Shown here: positions 55,646 through 64,000 of the stretch, piece after piece
How the letters are laid out: the number at the start of each line of letters is the position of its first letter
Numbering within the stretch: position 1 is the stretch's first letter
Program-made: the position numbers and the translations under genes
Source: Macrostomum lignano
Lineage: Eukaryota
NCBI GenBank assembly: GCA_002269645.1
Contig: NIVC01000127.1
Location: 605,626-669,625 of the forward strand
Length of the DNA: 64,000 bases
Reading direction: 5' to 3'
Notes under the pieces: generated by a model
Database searches by the model: none
What the model was told of the DNA's origin: nothing
The model's input: only the letters and a program-made list of their open reading frames with translations

Positions 55646-56109
55646 CATTTTTAATGAAAGTACTTTTTGTAAGCGTTGCAAATGAATTGAAAGATTTTCA
55701 AACTTCAGAGATGCAACGTCGCCCTTCTTCTTGAGCAGTTTAAAACATTTTTAACCGTTCAAACAGAATTAAGTGAATTTTGTTAAAATATTTCGAAGTA
55801 CTGCTTGCTCCTCCTTAACTTTGTGTTTATATTTTTTGCTCGAATTCCGAAATGTTTATTTATTAATAGTACATTCTTCCCATATTGGTAGTTTTGTTTT
55901 TACTTTAATAATTTTTAAATACTTCGTTATTTCGTCAAGCTTAGTTAATTTATTCACAAGAGTAGTCGATGCTAAAGAGTAGTTAGAAGCGAGTTTTGCT
56001 AGTAAAATGGTTTTCCAAAAGTCTATTTACAGGACATATTATTAGGCGCTTTAATGAAGTTCCATGCCAAAAAAACTTGCATCTCGACCGCTCCGCAGCC
56101 CCTGGCAAG

Positions 56110-57390
56110 ATGGCCACCACCCGGCCCAAGCCCATCACTGGCACCTTCTACCCGGACGCGTACACCTTCGGCTGGGGCGACATCCTCGGGCCCAGCGCCA
56201 CCCTGGAGGACCTCATGGCTCAGCTGGACGCTGGCGCTGGCGGAGGAGGAGGCGGCCGCGGGCGGGACGCCCGCCGCGAAGGCAGCCGGACATCTACGGA
56301 GTCGCTGACCTCCATTCTGTATCACGACAGCTTCGATGAGGACGAGTTGTCTACAGACTCCGAAGAACCGGCGGCAGTGGCGGCTGCTGCTGCGGCAAGT
56401 GACGGCGAAGGCGACAGACCGGCAGCGGCGACGGCGATGGCAAGGATGTCCGGACGGCCGCGGCTGAAGCCGGCGCTGCCCGACGAGGCTGTCCGGCCGC
56501 AGGAGGTGGCGCAGCGGCTCAACGGGGGAAGCACTGACGAAATCGCCACCGCCTCCACCAGACGGAAGGTGGCGCGCCGGAACTTGTCGCCTCCAGCCTC
56601 CAACCGGTCCGTCACTACGACGGCATCGGCGGCATCGGCGGCCTCGTCGCGAAAGCAGCCGCCTCGACAGCGGCGTCGAGTCGCGTCGGCTTCGACGGCG
56701 GACTCCGAGGATCGGCGCAGCTCCGCCTCGGGCGCGGCTGCGTCATCGACTGTCTCAGCCGCCGCCTCCGCCTCGGCTGCGGCTTCCGTCAATGCAGGCG
56801 GCACTCGCGAACGCACCTGGGAGGCCTGGTTCCTGGCAAAGGAGCGCCGGCTTCGAGAGCAGCGCCGTCGAGAGGCAGAGCAGCAGGAGAAGGCCAAGGC
56901 GGAGAAGGCGTCCAAGAAGGCCGCCGTTGATGCGGCCATCAAGCGCTGGCTGGCCAAGAAGCGGCAGCAGCAGCAGCAGCAGCACGAGGAGGAACAGCGG
57001 AAAAAGGCGGAAGAGGAGGCGAAGGCGGAAGAGAAGGAGAAGGAGAAGGAGGCGATCAAGGCCAAGGCCAAGGTGGAGTTCGCCAAGTGGCGCAGCGCCT
57101 ACGAAGAGAAGCGCCGAGCCGAGCTGCAGAAGGCCAAGCAGGAGGCGGAGGCGGCGGAGGCGCACAAGCTGGAGGTGAAGCGGAAGTCGGAGGCGGCATT
57201 CGCCAAGTGGGTGGAGGCGCACAAAAATGTGCGGCCGCACGCGCCCTACAGCTACGGGTACACGGACGGCCGGCTCATGAGCTACTACGACAAGAACAGC
57301 AACCCGCCGCCGAGCTTTGTCGTTGCCGAGCCCTGGCTGCCGCCGACAGAGACTGTCAAGCGAGAGCGATCGCCCGCTTCTAAGAACTAA
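56110..57390 (+). CDS. CCDC34: Coiled-coil domain-containing protein 34-like, single exon, 426 aa
   Basis: WEAWFLAKERR, repeated xxWxx helices in a K/E-rich coil, and the C-terminal YGYTDGRLMSYY...PPPSF...PW match CCDC34/DUF4207. ATG in good context at 56110. Confidence 0.85.
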   Translation: MATTRPKPITGTFYPDAYTFGWGDILGPSATLEDLMAQLDAGAGGGGGGRGRDARREGSRTSTESLTSILYHDSFDEDELSTDSEEPAAVAAAAAASDGEGDRPAAATAMARMSGRPRLKPALPDEAVRPQEVAQRLNGGSTDEIATASTRRKVARRNLSPPASNRSVTTTASAASAASSRKQPPRQRRRVASASTADSEDRRSSASGAAASSTVSAAASASAAASVNAGGTRERTWEAWFLAKERRLREQRRREAEQQEKAKAEKASKKAAVDAAIKRWLAKKRQQQQQQHEEEQRKKAEEEAKAEEKEKEKEAIKAKAKVEFAKWRSAYEEKRRAELQKAKQEAEAAEAHKLEVKRKSEAAFAKWVEAHKNVRPHAPYSYGYTDGRLMSYYDKNSNPPPSFVVAEPWLPPTETVKRERSPASKN

Positions 57391-57544
57391 TTTTAGTTTT
57401 TTACCGAGTAGCCATAAATGTCTTGCACGCGTGCTAGTTCTCTGTCCTGTTTGCGATGTTTACCTAAATTTGCATCATAAAAGGGCAGCTCCTGCTGTTT
57501 ATAGCTGGCGACATTTCCTCATGTCTGAATTGTAGGGGTATCGT

Positions 57545-58940
57545 CTTTGATGTCTGCACATCATTGGGGGCTGTGTCTTTGATGTCTGCACATCATTGGC
57601 GGCTGTGTCTTTGATGTCTGCACATCATTGGGGGCTGTGTCTTTGATGTCTGCACATCATTGGGGGCTGTGTCTTTGATGTCTGCACATCATTGGCGGCT
57701 GTGTCTTTGATGTCTGCACATCATTGGCGGCTGTGTCTTTGATGTCTGCACATCATTGGCGGCTGTGTCTTTGATGTCTGCACATCATTGGCGGCTGTGT
57801 CTTTGATGTCTGCACATCATTGGCGGCTGTGTCTTTGATGTCTGCACATCATTGGCGGCTGTGTCTTTGATGTCTGCACATCATTGGCGGCTGTGTCTTT
57901 GATGTCTGCACATCATTGGCGGCTGTGTCTTTGATGTCTGCACATCATTGGCGGCTGTGTCTTTGATGTCTGCACATCATTGGCGGCTGTGTCTTTGATG
58001 TCTGCACATCATTGGCGGCTGTGTCTTTGATGTCTGCACATCATTGGCGGCTGTGTCTTTGATGTCTGCACATCATTGGCGGCTGTGTCTTTGATGTCTG
58101 CACATCATTGGGGGCTGTGTCTTTGATGTCTGCACATCATTGGCGGCTGTGTCTTTGATGTCTGCACATCATTGGGGCTGTGTCTTTGATGTCTGCACAT
58201 CATTGGGGGCTGTGTCTTTGATGTCTGCACATCATTGGCGGCTGTGTCTTTGATGTCTGCACATCATTGGCGGCTGTGTCTTTGATGTCTGCACATCATT
58301 GGCGGCTGTGTCTTTGATGTCTGCACATCATTGGCGGCTGTGTCTTTGATGTCTGCACATCATTGGCGGCTGTGTCTTTGATGTCTGCACATCATTGGCG
58401 GCTGTGTCTTTGATGTCTGCACATCATTGGCGGCTGTGTCTTTGATGTCTGCACATCATTGGCGGCTGTGTCTTTGATGTCTGCACATCATTGGCGGCTG
58501 TGTCTTTGATGTCTGCACATCATTGGCGGCTGTGTCTTTGATGTCTGCACATCATTGGCGGCTGTGTCTTTGATGTCTGCACATCATTGGCGGCTGTGTC
58601 TTTGATGTCTGCACATCATTGGCGGCTGTGTCTTTGATGTCTGCACATCATTGGCGGCTGTGTCTTTGATGTCTGCACATCATTGGCGGCTGTGTCTTTG
58701 ATGTCTGCACATCATTGGCGGCTGTGTCTTTGATGTCTGCACATCATTGGCGGCTGTGTCTTTGATGTCTGCACATCATTGGCGGCTGTGTCTTTGATGT
58801 CTGCACATCATTGGGGGCTGTGTCTTTGATGTCTGCACATCATTGGCGGCTGTGTCTTTGATGTCTGCACATCATTGGCGGCTGTGTCTTTGATGTCTGC
58901 ACATCATTGGCGGCTGTGTCTTTGATGTCTGCACATCATT
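57545..58940. repeat. 32-bp highly homogeneous minisatellite (TGTCTTTGATGTCTGCACATCATTGGCGGCTG), ~43 copies
   Basis: Almost identical contiguous units with no spacers. Confidence 0.98.
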
Positions 58941-59354
58941 GGCAGCTGTGTCTTTGATGTCTTTGTGATGTCTTTGGTGTTTTAAAAAAAGAAAATTCGT
59001 GTAAAAAGTTTACTTCACCTACTACTCACATTCGTGGAGCAGTAGTATTGCCTGTATCTAGCGTATATCGAATTATTTTGCTTATAGTACATAGTGCCTC
59101 AACCTTACGTTTTTGTTTATTAAAATGGTCGAGAATTAGTATGAAGTATAAAAATGAACTAATTAGAAATTAATAGGTACGCAAAATATAATGTATCCCA
59201 ATGAATGTATTTCATTTTAAATCGTTAAACTTTGTAAGTATTGACAAATCGTTACTAAACTGTCGTCAAGCAATAGTTTACAGCTCGATATTGATTTTTT
59301 ATGCAGCAAGGTAACCCAAGAGCATTAGAAATAGTAGTCAAAGTGTAATCGCAG

Positions 59355-59525
59355 TGTGTTACAGTGGAATTAGGGAGTGTTACAGTGGAATTACATGTAG
59401 TGTGTGTGTTACTGTGGAATTAGGGAGTGTTACAGTGGAATTACATGTAGTGTGTGTGTTACTGTGGAATTAGGGAGTGTTACAGTGGAATTACATGTAG
59501 TGTGTGTTACAGTGGAATTAGTGTG
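59355..59525. repeat. Short composite repeat (GTGTTACAGTGGAATTA + GGGA / CATGTAGTGT)
   Basis: Direct observation. Confidence 0.85.
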
Positions 59526-61829
59526 TTACCCCCTTTTGATTTTTTTTAATTTTGGTGAATTTTGGCCTTTATAATGTGTTTTGGCTCAACATTAAGCATC
59601 GGGTAAACGAGAAGGCCTTGATGCGCTCATATTAAATAGGATTGCTATTTGCCTTTTAGAATCCGCATTTTCCATTATCAGCCTCACAAATTCTTTTTGA
59701 GACAGAGCTTCTTTTGGCTGTCTGCTTGTGGCTTCTTCTGTTGAAATAATTAATTAGGATGTTAAAGAGAATTCGCTACTGACTTATCTTCAAACATCCA
59801 AGTAAACCCTTAATTGGAATTTCTAACCTTTGAAATTATTAAAACTGGTAGGCAGTGAATTTTGATTAATGCCCGGGTTCCGTCTATTCCCATCCCCCTG
59901 TCAGTCTTAATGGGAAAGTCTGGTTACTCTTATCATTGCCGTATCGGCGGCCGACTATATTGCTGTGGCTATTCATTAATGCTGCAGCTGCTGCAGCTAC
60001 TCGGAACGGGCCGGGGGCTCAAGAGATTTTCGGCTGGGGTAGGGGGAGCTGGCGGCTGAAAGCTCCCCCGCTCCCGAGCTGCCTGATCCGTAGCTGGCTT
60101 ATCGATTCGAGCGTGTCACTGATTGATTGAGTGAGAGAGATGTGGATGGGGGGAAGCTGAGCGCTGCAGTGCTGGGCCAGCAGCTCGTCCCAGATCGAAC
60201 TGGGGGAATTGTGTGGGAATTGCTACGGCGATAGCAGTTGCCAAGCCTGCTGCACCTGGGCTGGGAATCTCGAGGCGGGCACCACAGTCGCAGAGGACCA
60301 GATTTCCCTGGTCAATATTCGCAGTCATGTACGCGGTGCTTATCCAAGGTAATGTGAATGGACCGCTGTCATGGACCGCTACATGTACAGCAGAAGCACG
60401 CAGCTCTCGCAAATTTGGCTGGAGGCGGCTGCAGCTCAGATTTCAGGATTATGCCATCGAAAATTCCTTTGATTTTAGAATACCAATCGAATTCACTCCA
60501 CTGTAAACGAATTCAAAAGCAGCTGATCGACAGTTCAATGACAAGGTCGCCTATACTCAAGCTGATGGGGGAGGAAACTGCTATAGAAGTATGCTTGCAA
60601 AGGTTTTTATTAGTCCATGGAGACTGGCGATACTGAAGGCAGTTAACAGCCAAGTGAGTGTTAATTAGTTCGCCACAGGCTCTCAAAAAAGCCTTAGCCA
60701 TGCAATTGGCACGGATTCAACTTGATTTGACTGAGCCGACAGCCAGACAGACGGACCGTGGGAGTTCGAGCGGTTAATTAGCAGGCAGAGTGAGTGAGGC
60801 TGGGGCCCGTTAGCCTGGACTATATTCCCAACAGCAGTGCGGTGCGGGCCTGAGGATGAAGCTCTATAAAGTACACCTGTTACCTGCCTGCCGTGTATGT
60901 CCATGTCAGTCTTAATTGACTCGACAAGCCGTTTATAATTGGCTAAGATTAAGTGCAGTTATGCGCATGTAAATAAACAAAAATATTTTTATTGCCCAAG
61001 GGATCAGCGGAATGGGGCCTGACTGTCCGGTTCTATCAGAAGCGGCGGCCAAGATGGCCGGGGCCGGCATTAATTTCCTGGACGGCCAAAGGAGTTGGAT
61101 GGGTGCAGCAGGCACTGATCAAAGTGGCTCAGGCTCCCCCAGTCTAGCACGCTCCTCCCCTTAGTTACTAGGAGAAAAATTCGCTCCCTTTGAAATTTCT
61201 GCCGCAAGCGGACCTGAGCGTGAGCAGTCACATTAGGGATAAAAGCGGATGAGCAGGATGGGAAGCGGCTGCGGTTGGGAGGCCTGATGGAACTGGAGAC
61301 GCGGTAGGACATAGAATCCGGATGACTGGCTTTTGCCCCACCGAATCTCTGAAATTGGATTAAAGGCAGATGCGAAAAGTGTAGGCCGGGAGACACTGAG
61401 GCGACGGTAGCGAATTCATCAGTGCTGGTCCCTCAGCTTTCATAATTCTGCTCCCGACCTCGGTGAGTATTCCATTTCGCCCCGGTCCTCTCTCGCTCTT
61501 TGTCAGAGCTGTGTCTCAATCTTTCAGCTTCCCTGAGCAGTCTTGGCTTAGCCCGAGTCTGCCTTGATGGGTTCGCATGATCCATGTCTGCCTCCCTTCC
61601 TCTCTCACTGCAGCGATGCAGTCACGAACTTCGCCTCTGTAAGTTCTGTGACCTCTTTTTTAAAAATAGTATTGCTGCTGTCTCGCGAACAGCACTGGCG
61701 TAATATCGGAATGCTGATAATAAAATTCAGTTAATATCAGGTGGCCTAATATCTTTTTGTTTTTTGCAATTTTACTGAAGAATTATCATTTAATCCAGTT
61801 GTTGAATATTCGTGTACAATTAATTTAGG

Positions 61830-62390
61830 GTATTGGGGTATTGGATGTTGGGGCTGAAGTGTTGGGTTGCTGGGTACTGGAGTGTTAGGGTGTTGGGGTG
61901 TTGGGTGTTTGGTTGTTGGTGTTTGAGGTGTTGGGGTGTTGGGTGTTGGGGTGTGGGTGGTGGGTGTTGGGTGTTGAGTGTTGGGGTGTTGGGTGTTGGG
62001 TGTTGGAGTGTTGGGGTGTTGGGTGTTGGGTGTTGGGTGTTGGGTGTTGGGGTGTTGGGGTGTTGGTGTTGGGTGTGTTGGTGTTGGGGTGTTGGGGTGT
62101 TGGGGTGGGGTGTTGGGTGGGGGTGGGGTGTGGGTGTGAGTGTTGGGTGTTGGGGTGTTGGGGTGTTGGGGTGGTTGGGGTGTTGGGGTGTTGGGGTGGG
62201 GTGTTGGTGTTGGGGTGTTGGGTGTTGGGGTGTTGGGTGTTGGGGTGTTGGTGTTGGGGTGTGGGTGTTGGGTGTTGGGGTGTTGGGTGTTGGGTGTTGG
62301 GGTGTTAGGTGTTGGGTGTTGGGGTGTTAGTGTTGGGTGGGTGTTGGAGTGTTGTGGTGCTAGATTACAGAGGTGTTGGGGCGTTGGCGC
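61830..62390. repeat. G/T-rich simple repeat ((G)GGGTGTT)n
   Basis: Direct observation. Confidence 0.95.
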
Positions 62391-63209
62391 TTAGGTTCTA
62401 TAAGGGCAAAAATTCAACAAGCAAGACTCAATATGCACTTAAATAGCTTAGTGAATAGTAATCCAATAAAATGTATATTCTAACGGGCGCCACAGACAGA
62501 CTGTGCTTGTCCAGTCGAGGGTGCAAGTTCAGAAACTGGACAATATGGTTTGGGGGCTATGGGCGCAGGTAGAAAGTTTTTATTGCTAAAGGTGCGGGAA
62601 TAACTCAGTTCATCAAGCAGCTTTTGACTCCAGACCAAAAACGCATCAATTTTTGGTGATACAGAGAGCAGTTGATGAGACAAAATTGCATTCAAAAGCG
62701 ATTGGAAAACAAATTTTCGATGCCAAGATTATTTCCAAATTGTGAATAGTGAAGGATTTATCTGAAAATAAATTTAGCAAATTTGCTGCGATTAAGTGTG
62801 CGATTCTCATGGCGAGAATTGAGCTGGGAATGCGAATTCTGAATCCAGTAGACAGAAGGCAGGATTGACTGACTGGCTTGGGGTCGCCTGGCCCGGGCCT
62901 CAGTCTAATAGCGGTGATGATGCTTCCAGCCTCTCCGATGCTTAAAAGTGGCATAGGGGGGGGGTGGGGGCACTTCTCCGTTCTCACTCACCCATCCTCT
63001 CTTCAGCCATCGCTCTGAGATTTTTGGCCTCCAAAATTTCACGTCATGCGAGAGGGCGAGGCAGTGAGAGGGCGAGGCAGTGAGAGGGCGAGGCAGTGAA
63101 GAGAAAGGCGGTGGAGTTGCCACCCGTGATTGAAATGCTGAGCAGGCCTACCGCCCCAAACCCCCTGCTCGGCCCTTGAGATCCCTCTTGAACGCCGGGG
63201 TTGGAAGCC

Positions 63210-64000
63210 TCATCGTCTCCGCAGGTCCAGCCTTATGATCCGCAGGAAGGCCTTCTTGAACTGCGCATTGGCTAGCGCGTAGCAGAACGGATTGATGGGG
63301 CTGTTGAGGTAGCACAGCCAGTAGCCCAGGTTGAACAGGTGCTTATTGAGGCACTGAGCCTGGCAGATGCTGCGGATCAGGATGAAGATGTGATAGGGCG
63401 TCCAGCAGACCACGAAGGCGCCAAGGATCAGCGTGATGGTCTTCAGCGCCTTCCGGGCCCGATTCTCCGTGCGCGACTGCTTCTTCTTCTGCCGGTCCTG
63501 CCGTTTCGTCCGCACCCGACTGCGCAGCCGCCTCGTAGCGTCCCGGAACGACTGGGCGAGCGTCGGCAGGTGCAGCTGCTTCCGCCGCTCCTCGGCGCCA
63601 CACTGGATCACTTCGATCTCGTCGTCGCCGACTGTCTGCGTCGACTGCTGCGCCGTTCGTCGCACCGGCTGCGGCAGCGGCAGCTCCACCACTGAGGTGA
63701 CCACGCGGTCCCGTTCGCCGGAGTTCAAGTCAACGCGGGTCTGCACGGCGGCCGCTTCGGCCGCGGCGGCCAGCTCGTCCTCATAAGATGGCCGCCGCTT
63801 CCAAATCGGAGAGCCGGGCCTGGCCGAGCGGTCATTGACGAGGATCTGGCTGTGCTTGGGCAGCAGTTCGATGAGCAGCCGCATGGAGTCGATGGATGGA
63901 TTCGACCGGATGCTCTCCTCGTCGATATAACGGAGGCCTTCAAACTCGTCCGACGGAGCGCACAAGGAGAACTGCAGAGTCTTCAGCTGCTGCTGCTGCT
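63210..64000 (-). CDS. Muscarinic acetylcholine receptor (invertebrate B-type/GAR-like), 3' part only (ICL3, TM6, TM7, C-terminus)
   Basis: ENRARKALKTITLILGAFVVCWTPYHI...YWLCYLNSPINPFCYALANAQFKKAFLRI; the frame is open to the window edge. Confidence 0.9.
   Translation of the reverse strand, partial: QQQQLKTLQFSLCAPSDEFEGLRYIDEESIRSNPSIDSMRLLIELLPKHSQILVNDRSARPGSPIWKRRPSYEDELAAAAEAAAVQTRVDLNSGERDRVVTSVVELPLPQPVRRTAQQSTQTVGDDEIEVIQCGAEERRKQLHLPTLAQSFRDATRRLRSRVRTKRQDRQKKKQSRTENRARKALKTITLILGAFVVCWTPYHIFILIRSICQAQCLNKHLFNLGYWLCYLNSPINPFCYALANAQFKKAFLRIIRLDLRRR

Noticed and set aside
57545-58940. CRISPR-like array (32-bp partly palindromic repeat)
   Set aside because: The repeats are contiguous with no unique spacers, there are no cas genes, and the context is eukaryotic.
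60190-60350. Possible Cys-rich + strand exon ending CCAAG|GTAATG
   Set aside because: No recognisable homology or phase-linked partner exons; insufficient support.

Overview
Repeat-rich eukaryotic (animal) genomic DNA with GC-rich exons and introns filled with unrelated mini- and microsatellites. The style resembles a free-living flatworm such as Macrostomum; this is an inference, not a determination. Manual GT-AG exon assembly with phase checking gives ten protein-coding genes. (1) A KSR/RAF-like pseudokinase (+, 5' end outside the window). (2) An intronless sphingomyelin synthase nested antisense in one of its introns. (3) A 3-exon orphan gene. (4) A shootin-1-like gene (-). (5) A secreted WIF-domain protein with no EGF repeats and an Arg-rich tail (-). 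(6) A neuropeptide-type prohormone (+) that the ORF track misses entirely. (7) LDAH (-). (8) FAM81-like (+). (9) CCDC34-like (+). (10) The 3' part of a muscarinic acetylcholine receptor (-). The most striking observation is the prohormone. A signal-peptide exon is followed by nine 36-39 nt phase-2 micro-exons, each encoding exactly one copy of a KR-flanked nonapeptide FSAP(Q/R/M)A(F/Y)DW. Also present are two tRNA-derived SINE families (one with a CORE-like domain), MITE/foldback elements (one with its terminal repeat amplified into a tandem array) and about 30 tandem arrays. Most ORF-track entries in the repeats are artefacts. No rRNA, genuine tRNA or CRISPR array was found.
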